Positions 15,441 through 24,090 of a stretch of DNA of 32,000 nt are shown in pieces. The notes below the pieces were generated by a model. That model saw only the letters and a list, made by a program, of their open reading frames with translations. It was not told where the DNA came from and searched no databases. Each line of letters opens with the position of its first letter. The first letter of the stretch is position 1. The translations under genes were made by a program, and so were the position numbers. The stretch is from Candidatus Electrothrix yaqonensis (GTDB taxonomy: Bacteria; Desulfobacterota; Desulfobulbia; Desulfobulbales; Desulfobulbaceae). The DNA lies in assembly GCA_047651235.1 (NCBI GenBank), contig CP178758.1, positions 1,680,001-1,712,000 on the forward strand, in the 5' to 3' direction.

Positions 15441-16073
15441 TCCCGGCAATAGAGAACCATCCTGAACGTGTTGATTATGAGTATGAGCGTAACGGTACCG
15501 CCAGTATTTTCATGTTTATCGAGCCGTTGTCAGGCCGGCGTGAAGCCACTGCCCGTCCCCGGCGGACTAAAACAGATTGGGCTGTCGAAGTGGCCCGGCT
15601 CCTTGAGAGCCGCTGTGCGGAATGTAAAAAAATCACGTTGGTCTGCGACAATCTCAATACTCATACAAAGGGAGCGTTGTATGAAGCTTTCAGTCCGGAT
15701 CGTGCCCGTGCATGAGTACGCCGAATTGAGTTTTGTTACACGCCGAAACATGGAAGCTGGCTCAATATAGCTGGAGCAGTATAAACTGAATACAGGATCA
15801 GCTATCTGAAAGGCGTGAAGGCAAAACTTATGCCTCTTGTGGGCATATTCAAATTATGTTGCTCCAGCTATATAGCTGAAAACGAGCTGAGTTCCATGAC
15901 CAGACAATGTCTTTCTGGTCGTCGTATCGGAGATATCGAGACGTTACAAAAAGAGATTGCCTCATGGTCAACTGATGTGAACAACAAACAGTCAACGTGG
16001 TGTCGATTGGCAAATGAAAATTTCTAACGCCCGGTGCAAATTAAAATCCGTTTACCCTAAAATTAAGTCGTGA
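15441..16073 (+). pseudogene. C-terminal half of an IS630-family transposase (nonsense codon, MITE insertion, frameshift)
   Basis: The reading is ENHPERVDYEYERNGTASIFMFIEP...ITLVCDNLNTHTKGALYEAF, then an in-frame TGA at 15713-15715, then RRIEFCYTPKHGSWLNIAENELS interrupted by the MITE at 15768. A frameshift near 15985 precedes VDWQMKISNARCKLKSVYPKIKS*. Confidence 0.75.
15768..15870 (-). mobile_element. 103-bp MITE, copy 2 (inverted relative to copy 1)
   Basis: Its reverse complement is identical to copy 1 at 101 of 103 positions by hand alignment. It is flanked by TA at 15766-15767 and 15871-15872. Excision with one TA restores GSWLNIAENELS. Confidence 0.8.
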
Positions 16074-16227
16074 CGGAGCACTAATTTCTGCACATCGCTT
16101 CCATACTTCCCCTGAACACTAATAAATGACCCAAATCGATCAATTTGAAAGTGTATTTCGGGATGCTGCACATGTACCTTTCGGCCGTGACACAGAGGGC
16201 TACAGCTCCTGATGCAGCCCTGAAATC

Positions 16228-16515
16228 TCAGCCGACGACCTTGGGTACCACAAAGGCTTCCCCGTTTTCCTGCGGGGCATTGGCCAAGGCTTTTTCTCTC
16301 GGCAGGGATTCCCGCACCTCATCTTCCCGAAAGGCGTTGACTCTGCTCTGCGTATGGGTGGTGACCGGGACGCCCTCGGTATCCAGCTCGTCCAGTTTGG
16401 CCACATAACTGAGAATGGTGTCCAGCTGCGGTGTCAGCTTTGCAATTTCATCTTCTGTCAGTTCAAGGCGGGCAAGAGCTGCCACCCGTTCAACTTCCTG
16501 TCTGGTTATTTTCAT
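16228..16515 (-). CDS. gatC: Asp/Glu-tRNA amidotransferase subunit C
   Basis: MKITRQEVERVAALARLELTEDEIAKLTPQLDTILSYVAKLDELDTEGV is a canonical GatC sequence. Start taken at MKIT (16515). Confidence 0.9.
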   Translation of the reverse strand: MKITRQEVERVAALARLELTEDEIAKLTPQLDTILSYVAKLDELDTEGVPVTTHTQSRVNAFREDEVRESLPREKALANAPQENGEAFVVPKVVG

Positions 16516-16568
16516 AATCCTGTCCTCCGGTCCATCCCGCATCTGTCCAAATTTCGATTACTTCTCCA

Positions 16569-17345
16569 TTACCGGGGCAGCATTGACCGATGAAACTGCA
16601 CCACCTCCGCATAAGAGCAGCCGCTGCCGCCGAAGATATCTAGAGCGCTGCCGACCGTGGCATCAAGCCGTGCCTGACCGGCTCTGCAGATAAGCTCCAG
16701 ATCGCTCATCTTACTGACTCCGCCCGCATAGGTAATGGGATTCCTGACCTCGGCTTCAGCCAGAAGTCCAATCAGCCGTTCCTCCACGCCCATGCATTTT
16801 CCCTCCACATCAACCGCGTGAATCAGAAATTCATCGCAGCTGTTTTCCAGCTCCCTGAGCAGCTCCCTGTTGATCCGGAGGTCGGTGAATTTCTGCCAGC
16901 GGTCTGTGACCACGTAATAGCCGTCGTTTTTCCATCGGCAGCTGAGGTCCAGTACCAGTCGTTCCCTGCCGGTCAGGCGGCACAGCCGGTCCAGTCGGTC
17001 CGCGTCAAGTTGGCCGTCGTGAAAGACATAAGATGTCACAATGACATGGGATGCCCCCTGTTCCAACCATTTTTCCGCATTGGCAGGAGAGATCCCTCCG
17101 CCGATTTGCATTCCGCCCGGCCAGCCGCTCAGAGCATCCATTGCCGCCTCTTCATTGCCGGGGCCAAGCATGATCACATGCCCGCCGACAAGATTATCCT
17201 GCCGGTACAGACGGGAGTAATGGGAAGGGGAAAATTCGGAGGAAAAATTGGTCCGCAGGACTGCAGCATCATCGTCACTCAGAGTGGAGCCGACAATCTG
17301 TTTCACTCTGCCGTTATGCAGGTCTATACAGGGACGGAAGCGCAT
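16569..17345 (-). CDS. hisA: eukaryote-type HisA (His6-like ProFAR isomerase)
   Basis: MRFRPCIDLHNGRVKQIVGSTL...HVIMLGPGN...IGGGI...HVIVTSYVF...LVLDLSCR...EFLIHAVDVEG...ITYAGGV...SALDIFGG runs collinear with yeast His6 as remembered. Start taken at 17345. Confidence 0.8.
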   Translation of the reverse strand: MRFRPCIDLHNGRVKQIVGSTLSDDDAAVLRTNFSSEFSPSHYSRLYRQDNLVGGHVIMLGPGNEEAAMDALSGWPGGMQIGGGISPANAEKWLEQGASHVIVTSYVFHDGQLDADRLDRLCRLTGRERLVLDLSCRWKNDGYYVVTDRWQKFTDLRINRELLRELENSCDEFLIHAVDVEGKCMGVEERLIGLLAEAEVRNPITYAGGVSKMSDLELICRAGQARLDATVGSALDIFGGSGCSYAEVVQFHRSMLPR

Positions 17346-17473
17346 CGGAACATCAGGAAAGTATGGGAGCAAAAGTCCGGCGGAAAAAAGCAGGATGCTG
17401 CGTAAAAGGAATACGGACTCCCCCTACATCCTGCTTTTCAGATAAAATCAGACTGTTTTTTTAAGACTGTATT

Positions 17474-18172
17474 TCAGTCGTCCAGCTTCACCATCATACT
17501 GGCCGGATCAAGACAGAGCTGGCATTCATTACCGGCACATCCATCTTTGTTATGCCGGATGATTTCCAGCTGCGTATGCTCCTCATCCGGTTTGATCAGC
17601 ACAACCGTCTCAAAGAGATCGTCCAGTTCATGACAGGGGGCCGGCACACCGGTCGGGGATACCCGGTCATCCTCCCGATGGCTGGTCGCGGAAAACCAAG
17701 TCTGCAGACGCAGAGTCTCCATCAGATTCTTCACATCTTCCAGCTGTGTATGATCGGTCTGCTCAAAATCAAAACCGTCAATCACCACACAGTCCGGCTT
17801 AAAAATATCCTGGAGGATCAGATCGTTCAGCCGTTCTTCCAGCCGGTCGCGATCAAAAACAGACTCCTTGAACGTCATGATCATCCGGTGCTGCCGGACC
17901 ATCTCGATCAGTTCATGCGGCTTGGCCACTGAACATTCCTGGAGAATAACTTCAAGAATATCATCGTACCAGAGCTTGGTTTTTTCCAGATTCTCCCCGA
18001 TACTGATATGGACAACCCGTTTGCCGCGCAGAATGGAATCCAGCGCTATCTGGACCAGAAGAGCGGTTTTTCCCAGTCCTGCACGGGCCATGACCAGCCC
18101 CATTTTTTTCTCGTTTCCGGCCAGATTCAAAACCCGTAAAGGGTTCTTTTTGACCAGCGGTTCATATCCCAT
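17474..18172 (-). CDS. RecA-superfamily (KaiC/DnaB-like) P-loop ATPase, function unknown
   Basis: Walker A is ARAGLGKTALL and Walker B-like is CVVIDGFD. There is a C-terminal Cys cluster CAGNECQLC. Confidence 0.55.
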   Translation of the reverse strand: MGYEPLVKKNPLRVLNLAGNEKKMGLVMARAGLGKTALLVQIALDSILRGKRVVHISIGENLEKTKLWYDDILEVILQECSVAKPHELIEMVRQHRMIMTFKESVFDRDRLEERLNDLILQDIFKPDCVVIDGFDFEQTDHTQLEDVKNLMETLRLQTWFSATSHREDDRVSPTGVPAPCHELDDLFETVVLIKPDEEHTQLEIIRHNKDGCAGNECQLCLDPASMMVKLDD

Positions 18173-18263
18173 GATGCCACCTCTTTTTTGTCTCTCGTCT
18201 GTCTGAAGCTAACGCATTCGGTCCGCAGCAGAGGCCGACCGTTTTTTTCTGCATGCAGGTTAG

Positions 18264-20348
18264 TTATCCGTTCTTTTTGGATTCCTCGAACTCCTTGATC
18301 AGCTCATCGGAAATGCTCTTCGGTACCTGCTTGTAGGAAGCAAATTCCATAGTAAATTCAGCCTTGCCCTGAGTCAGCGAGCGCAGGGTTGTGGAATAGC
18401 CGAACATCTCGGACAGAGGCATCTCCGCCTCCACAACCGTGTAAGTGCCCTCTTCCGCTGTACCCACGATCATACCGCGGCGCTGATTCAGGCTGCCCAT
18501 GATCGACCCCTGAAATTCAGACGGTCCTTCCACCGCCACTTTCATGATCGGCTCCATGATCACTGCGCCCGCCTTTTTATATCCTTCTTTAAAAGCACCC
18601 TTGGCAGCCTGCTGGAAGGCCATATCTGAGGAGTCCACAGAATGGTAGCTACCGTCGTTGATCAGGCAGCGCACCCCGGTGATCGGCGCACCGATGAGGA
18701 AACCCTTTGCCATGGATGCCTGGAATCCCTTGTCGCAGGAAGGAATGTACTCGCGCGGAATCACACCACCCACGATCTCATCGACAAATTCGTATTCTTC
18801 CTCTTCCAGCGGCTCCATATAACCTGCCACCCGACCGAACTGACCGGAACCACCGGTCTGCTTTTTATGGGTGTAGTTAAAATCCGCGTGCTGGGTAATG
18901 GCCTCACGGTAGGCAACCCGTGGTGCACCCACCTCAACCTCGGCCTTGTACTCCCGCTTCATACGCTCGATATACACATCCAGGTGCAGCTCGCCCATCC
19001 CGGAAATAATGGTCTCCCCGGTTTCATGATCGACAAAGGTTTGAAAGGTCGGGTCTTCCTTGCCGAATCGATTCAAAGCCTTGGACATATTATCCTGGGC
19101 CTTGTTGTCCTTGGGCGTAATAGCCAGGGAGATAACCGGCGCAGGCACATGCATGGAACTCATGGACCAGTTGATCGAACTGCTGCAGAAGGTATCGCCG
19201 GAGGCACAGTCGATACCGAACAGGCCCACAATATCACCGGAACCGGCCTCTTCGATTTCCTCCATTTCATTGGCGTGCATCCGCACCAGACGCCCGACTT
19301 TGACTTTTTTACCGGTTCTGGTGTTGATGATCGTATCCCCTTTTTTCAGAATACCCTGGTAGGTACGGACATAGGTTAGCTGACCGTAGCGGCCGTCCTC
19401 CAGCTTAAAGGCCAGAGCAACCAGCGGATCATTCGGGTTATTGGAAACCGTGACCTTCTCTTCATCCTTATCCAGATCAAGGGCGGTATTTTCCACGTCG
19501 GTCGGGGAGGGCAGGTACTGCTCGACAGCATCCAGCAGGGGCTGGACCCCTTTATTTTTATAGGCAGAGCCGATCATTACCGGAGCCAGCTCCAAAGCCA
19601 GTGTCCCCTTGCGGATAGCCGCACGGACCAGCTCTTCCGGAATATCCTCTTCCTCCAGCATGGCCTCCATCAGCTCATCCGAGAACATGGACACCGCATC
19701 TAGCAGTTCTTCCCGCTTTTCTTCAGCTGCATCCTGCAGGTTGTCCGGAATCTTTTCATAACGGATATCCTGCCCCTGATCGCCGTCAAAATAGACAGCC
19801 TTCATGGTGACCAGATCCACCATGCCTTCCAGGTCGGATTCCAGCCCGATGGGCAGCTGGATCATAACGGCGTTGAGATTGAGCTTATCCCGCAGCTGCT
19901 GGACAACCCGCTCCGGGTTGGCACCTGTCCGGTCGCATTTATTGATAAAGGCGATACGCGGCACATTGTAGCGGGTCATCTGCCGGTCCACCGTGATAGA
20001 CTGGGACTGGACCCCGCCCACAGAACAGAGAATCAGGATAGCACCGTCCAGCACACGCAGGGCCCGCTCCACTTCAACGGTAAAATCCACATGGCCCGGT
20101 GTGTCAATGATATTGATATCGATATCTTTCCAGGAGCAGTAGGTGGCTGCTGACTGAATGGTGATGCCCCGCTCCTTTTCCAGCTCCATAGAATCCATGG
20201 TCGCGCCGACGCCATCCTTGCCGCGCACCTCATGAATGGCGTGGATGCGCTGGGTATAGTAAAGTATCCGTTCGGTAAGCGTGGTCTTGCCCGAATCGAT
20301 ATGGGCGCTGATGCCGATATTACGTACTTTATCCAGATCTTTGTTCAT
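18264..20348 (-). CDS. fusA: elongation factor G (stand-alone copy)
   Basis: G1 [10 protein letters not shown]3 DTPGHVDF, G4 NKCD, and full five-domain length (694 aa). It is not flanked by rpsL/rpsG/tuf. Confidence 0.95.
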   Translation of the reverse strand: MNKDLDKVRNIGISAHIDSGKTTLTERILYYTQRIHAIHEVRGKDGVGATMDSMELEKERGITIQSAATYCSWKDIDINIIDTPGHVDFTVEVERALRVLDGAILILCSVGGVQSQSITVDRQMTRYNVPRIAFINKCDRTGANPERVVQQLRDKLNLNAVMIQLPIGLESDLEGMVDLVTMKAVYFDGDQGQDIRYEKIPDNLQDAAEEKREELLDAVSMFSDELMEAMLEEEDIPEELVRAAIRKGTLALELAPVMIGSAYKNKGVQPLLDAVEQYLPSPTDVENTALDLDKDEEKVTVSNNPNDPLVALAFKLEDGRYGQLTYVRTYQGILKKGDTIINTRTGKKVKVGRLVRMHANEMEEIEEAGSGDIVGLFGIDCASGDTFCSSSINWSMSSMHVPAPVISLAITPKDNKAQDNMSKALNRFGKEDPTFQTFVDHETGETIISGMGELHLDVYIERMKREYKAEVEVGAPRVAYREAITQHADFNYTHKKQTGGSGQFGRVAGYMEPLEEEEYEFVDEIVGGVIPREYIPSCDKGFQASMAKGFLIGAPITGVRCLINDGSYHSVDSSDMAFQQAAKGAFKEGYKKAGAVIMEPIMKVAVEGPSEFQGSIMGSLNQRRGMIVGTAEEGTYTVVEAEMPLSEMFGYSTTLRSLTQGKAEFTMEFASYKQVPKSISDELIKEFEESKKNG

Positions 20349-20759
20349 CTTGTATTCCTCTGTTCCAGCTGCCTGACCGCTGACGTTATCCGTTCCTCCG
20401 GGCGGAGAGCCGAATAAAAAACGAATAAAAAGTTTGCTGTTTGCCCGGGCAAACAGACATGAAAAATAAAAGAGGAGTCACAGTGCATTCTGCAACCCCT
20501 CCAATTCCTGTGTCCGAGAAGATGCCGGAACAACATCACCAGCATCTCGACAAACACCAGAAAACTGACATTTAAAAGACAGGAAGTCTTCCTATACTAA
20601 AAAATCATTTTTTATACACCACACAATCGGAATACGCAAGATAAAACTGGTCAGACAGGGTGGGGAAAAAGAATTTTACCTGTACAGGATAACATGTTAA
20701 GAAGAAATGCTTTTGCAGACGCTCAGCATAGAAGTGTCTATGGCGGCAAGAAAAATTGG

Positions 20760-20788
20760 TTCGACTTTTGAGGTTGCGCGATTATAAT
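20760..20788 (+). promoter_or_regulatory. candidate sigma70 promoter for the TRASH-tal operon
   Basis: TTCGAC (20760-20765), a 17-nt spacer, then a perfect TATAAT (20783-20788), about 57 nt upstream of ATG 20845. Confidence 0.4.
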
Positions 20789-20844
20789 ACTCGTATGAAT
20801 TTTATTCAATTAATCAGGAAAGAGCGGTCAGTCGGAGGCAGAGC

Positions 20845-21141
20845 ATGAGTCCGCAGCGTTTACTGCTCCTTGCTGTCCTGCTCTATATCGGCTGGCGGCT
20901 GGTACGCAGCCTGATCCGTGAAAAAATCAGGCAGGAGCTCCAGCAGGAAAGGGCAAAGGCCGGACAGGCGGCGCAAAATGCACAGACAACGGTCCGGGAT
21001 GTGCTGGTGGAAGATCCGGTGTGCCATACGCTGATTCCCAAAGATCAGGCGATCCGTTTGCGTCAGGACAGCAAAACCTATTATTTCTGCAGCGATTCCT
21101 GCTGCGATCAATTTACCGGCAACCCCGGAGGAAAAGAATGA
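20845..21141 (+). CDS. membrane-anchored YHS/TRASH-domain (metal-binding) protein
   Basis: N-terminal TM helix [16 protein letters not shown]-terminal [16 protein letters not shown]...[12 protein letters not shown] matches the TRASH/YHS Cys pattern. GGAGG RBS. Confidence 0.65.
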   Translation: MSPQRLLLLAVLLYIGWRLVRSLIREKIRQELQQERAKAGQAAQNAQTTVRDVLVEDPVCHTLIPKDQAIRLRQDSKTYYFCSDSCCDQFTGNPGGKE

Positions 21142-21782
21142 AGTTTTTTATTGATACGGCAAATATTGAAGAGATCAGACAGGGGGTTGCGCTGGGCATG
21201 GTGGACGGCGTCACTACCAACCCCTCGCTTGTTGCCAAAGAGCAGCGGCCTTTTACAGAGATCCTTGCCGATATCTGTGCCTTGGTGGACGGTCCGATCA
21301 GTGCCGAAGTCATAAGCCCTGATGCTGAGGGCATGGTGAGCGAGGCCCGTGAACTGGCGCAGCTGCATAAGAATATCGTCATCAAAATTCCCATGACCGA
21401 GGATGGCCTGAAAGCGGTCAGACTGCTTGCAGCGGAAGAGATCCGGACCAACGTGACCCTGATCTTTTCCTCTACCCAAGCGCTGCTTGCTGCCAAGGCC
21501 GGAGCCGCCTATGTCAGTCCCTTTGTCGGCCGGCTTGATGATATTTCCCAGAACGGTATGGAACTGATCAGCGATATTATGACCATTTTCAGGAACTATA
21601 ACCTGCCGACCGAGGTGATTGTTGCGTCGGTGCGTAGTCCCATGCATGTGGCGCAGTCCGCCCTGATCGGCGCGGATATTGCTACGATTCCATACAAGGT
21701 CATCGCGCAGATGACCCGGCATCCGTTAACAGATATCGGCATGGAAAAATTTCTTGCCGACTGGGAAAAACGGCAAAAATAA
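21138..21782 (+). CDS. tal: transaldolase / fructose-6-phosphate aldolase (short type 3B)
   Basis: [31 protein letters not shown] and the catalytic-Lys region IVIKIP. The start overlaps the upstream stop (ATGA). Confidence 0.9.
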   Translation: MKFFIDTANIEEIRQGVALGMVDGVTTNPSLVAKEQRPFTEILADICALVDGPISAEVISPDAEGMVSEARELAQLHKNIVIKIPMTEDGLKAVRLLAAEEIRTNVTLIFSSTQALLAAKAGAAYVSPFVGRLDDISQNGMELISDIMTIFRNYNLPTEVIVASVRSPMHVAQSALIGADIATIPYKVIAQMTRHPLTDIGMEKFLADWEKRQK

Positions 21783-21788
21783 TTTCTT

Positions 21789-22565
21789 GTGCTCATGCGG
21801 TTTTCTGTTGCAGGCTCCATACTTCTTGTTTCCTGGCTGCTGTTCTGTTTATTCTGTTCAGCGCAGGAAGCAGTGTCCGAGGATAAAATCTACAGATATG
21901 TTGATGAGCAGGGGGTTGCACATTATACGAATGTCCCCACTGACAGATATGAAGCCTTCACCTTTCCCCCTCTGTCAAATCCGAAGCAGGAAGGAATAAC
22001 CTTCAGAACCCCGAAGGTACGCCGCACGGACCGGAAGACCCTGCGGCTCCGCAGCAGGAAAGACCGTTCCAGAACCCGAGCTGATCATGGCACAGATACA
22101 TTTGATCATCATATCCGGAATGCAGCGCGTACCCACCGCCTTGATCCTCTGCTGATCAAAGCGGTGATCAAAACCGAGTCTAATTTCAACCGGTATGCTG
22201 TTTCTCCCAAAGGAGCCCAAGGACTCATGCAGCTCATGCCTGCCACAGCCAGACACCTCAAGGTCAGGGATCCGTTTGACCCGCAGCAGAATATCTACGG
22301 CGGCGCCAAGTATATCAGAGAACTCCTCGGACAGTTCAAGGGCAATCTGCATCTCAGCCTGGCTGCCTATAATGCCGGTCCGGCGCGGGTGATGAAAAAA
22401 AAGAGAATCCCCCGGATTCCGGAAACGATTGCCTATGTCCGCAAAGTGATCCGGCAGTACAGGGCCTACAAAAAAAACAGTAGACGGCAGACCTCTAACC
22501 ATCGTGATAACCGGGTCCCGCTGACGACCAGCATCCAGGTACGACAGATGGAAACCGTAAACTGA
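21789..22565 (+). CDS. lytic transglycosylase (SLT domain) with N-terminal DUF4124
   Basis: ESNFNRYAVSPKGAQGLMQLMP...YGGAKYIRELL...LAAYNAGPARV are SLT motifs. IYRYVDEQGVAHYTNVP is DUF4124-like. It has a signal peptide. The start is GTG 21789 or ATG 21795. Confidence 0.85.
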   Translation: MLMRFSVAGSILLVSWLLFCLFCSAQEAVSEDKIYRYVDEQGVAHYTNVPTDRYEAFTFPPLSNPKQEGITFRTPKVRRTDRKTLRLRSRKDRSRTRADHGTDTFDHHIRNAARTHRLDPLLIKAVIKTESNFNRYAVSPKGAQGLMQLMPATARHLKVRDPFDPQQNIYGGAKYIRELLGQFKGNLHLSLAAYNAGPARVMKKKRIPRIPETIAYVRKVIRQYRAYKKNSRRQTSNHRDNRVPLTTSIQVRQMETVN

Positions 22566-22593
22566 CCCTTTCTGCTTCTGCACGAGGAATATT

Positions 22594-23169
22594 GTGATAC
22601 AACAGCTGCCGAATCTGATCACCGGAGGCCGTCTTGTTCTGACCGTGCTGCTGGCCGTTCTGCTCATGTTTGAGCAGAAGACAAGTACAGCCCTGCTCTG
22701 CTGCCTGCTTTTTGCTCTGGCTGCCTCCACCGACTGGGTGGACGGCTATCTTGCCCGTCGTTTCGGGGCAGTAACCACCCTTGGCAAGCTGATGGACCCT
22801 CTGGCCGACAAGCTGCTTGTGGCCACAGCTCTGATCATGCTGATCCCGCTCCACCGGATTCCGGCCTGGGTTTCCCTTGTCATCCTCTCCCGTGAGATGC
22901 TGGTCACCGGCCTGCGGGGCGCAGCCTCGTCAAGCGGCATTGTCGTTGCTGCCAGCGGCTTGGGAAAAATAAAATCCATTGTCCAGTATATCGGCTTGGG
23001 ATTCCTTATTTTCCCCCTCGGCCTGCTGCCGATCCCGTATCTTCACCAGATCGGCCAAGGCATTGTTTATATTGCTCTGGTGCTTACCGTCTGGTCAGGA
23101 CTTGATTATTTCTATAAACTGCGCCGGGTCTTTCTCGATAAAGAAGGTCAGGAGGGCGGGAAGCGGTAA
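22594..23169 (+). CDS. pgsA: CDP-diacylglycerol--glycerol-3-phosphate 3-phosphatidyltransferase
   Basis: The CDP-alcohol phosphotransferase motif DWVDGYLARRFGAVTTLGKLMDPLADK. GTG start preceded by GAGG. Confidence 0.9.
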   Translation: MIQQLPNLITGGRLVLTVLLAVLLMFEQKTSTALLCCLLFALAASTDWVDGYLARRFGAVTTLGKLMDPLADKLLVATALIMLIPLHRIPAWVSLVILSREMLVTGLRGAASSSGIVVAASGLGKIKSIVQYIGLGFLIFPLGLLPIPYLHQIGQGIVYIALVLTVWSGLDYFYKLRRVFLDKEGQEGGKR

Positions 23170-23210
23170 TTTTTCTTCCCCCCCCTTCCCTCCTTTTGAC
23201 AGGCTTCGTC

Positions 23211-23801
23211 TCAGCGCAGCCGTGCCCGGATATTCTCCTTGTGCTGCTCCAATGCCTCATTATAGCGGTCAGAAAGCTCTGTTTCCATTCTGCCCAGTTC
23301 TTCATTGACCTTGGCTGCCAAGGCATGTTCCGGATTAACGCCGCTGGCCTGCAGTTCTGCAGCCTGCTGGGCAAGCACATGCTCGTACTGCATTCGTATC
23401 TGGTCTTCCAGCTGCTGCCTGAGCTGATCCCGGTGTTGATTATACTGGCCGAGAATATGCTGCAGCTCGGAACAGATGCTGCACACATCTCCGGCATTGC
23501 CGCTGATCTCCAGCAGTCCGTTGACGGCCTTGTCTGTCCGCTCTTTGCCGAGTTCGTCGCGGTACAGAAAAATATTGCGCAGCAGGGTCTCCACCATGCC
23601 GCAGCGGATTGTCATCTGCTGCTCACCCGGCTGTTCAGCCAGGGCAGCTGACAGACTGTCCGCCTTGTCGTCGAGAAAATCCGCAGCCAACTTCATACCC
23701 AGCCTGCGCTCATCTTCCTGCTGCAGCTCATCATTGCTCGCCTTACTCATACGGGCAGCCCGTTCCATGACCAGCTCCAGAGTGGATTTTATTTCTGCCA
23801 T
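23211..23801 (-). CDS. hypothetical helical/coiled-coil protein (196 aa)
   Basis: Clean ORF with backbone-like composition. No family recognised. Confidence 0.5.
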   Translation of the reverse strand: MAEIKSTLELVMERAARMSKASNDELQQEDERRLGMKLAADFLDDKADSLSAALAEQPGEQQMTIRCGMVETLLRNIFLYRDELGKERTDKAVNGLLEISGNAGDVCSICSELQHILGQYNQHRDQLRQQLEDQIRMQYEHVLAQQAAELQASGVNPEHALAAKVNEELGRMETELSDRYNEALEQHKENIRARLR

Positions 23802-23938
23802 TCTATTTCTCCTTGCCGCTGTTTCTGCAGCGAATTGTCAATTATTCAATATTGCGTGGTCCTGCGATCGTAATCTCTGATATAATTTTACACTTAAAAT
23901 CTCATAGTTTACCGAACCATTGTCCGATTGCTTTCTCT

Positions 23939-24073
23939 TTACAAAATTCCCAGGATATGGATATCGTCTTTCAAGAGTTCACTGAGGAAACCTTCCAGGA
24001 TGTCGAAATTGGCCTTGCTCCGCAGGAGCTTTTTCATGGCCCAGTCAAAGCTGACGAGTTTTCGGGTTGGCAT
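23939..24073 (-). pseudogene. 5' remnant of an Rpn/PDDEXK_2 nuclease gene (nonsense codon, then decay)
   Basis: Hand translation from ATG 24073 gives MPTRKLVSFDWAMKKLLRSKANFDILEGFLSELLKDDIHILGIL*. The residues after the TAA (RESNRT) still resemble the expected ...SESN.. continuation. It is below the ORF-track length cut-off. Confidence 0.6.
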
Positions 24074-24090
24074 GTTGATTCTCTGTGCTG

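Noticed and set aside
16124-16210. 28-codon plus-strand ORF (MTQIDQFESVFRDAAHVPFGRDTEGYSS) between the IS630 remnant and gatC.
   Set aside because: It is too short and runs into the 3' end of gatC in antisense. Read-through of its TGA only gives antisense-gatC sequence. It may be a gene stump, but that cannot be supported.
18210-18245. Hairpin CGGTC-N13-GACCG followed by T7 on the plus strand, near the fusA stop.
   Set aside because: The U tract is on the wrong strand for fusA. The stem is only 5 bp, and no plus-strand gene ends upstream of it.
20345-20557. 70-aa minus-strand ORF in the fusA leader.
   Set aside because: It overlaps the fusA start and the palindrome/terminator-like element. 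It has no RBS and an odd composition.
21108-22854. Minus-strand ORFs of 204, 127, 251 and 119 aa.
   Set aside because: They are antisense to tal, the SLT gene and pgsA, all of which carry strong family motifs.
23176-23194. C8 homopolymer in the pgsA/hypothetical intergenic region, considered as a phase-variation tract.
   Set aside because: It lies between two convergent gene ends, so length changes would affect neither a promoter nor a reading frame.
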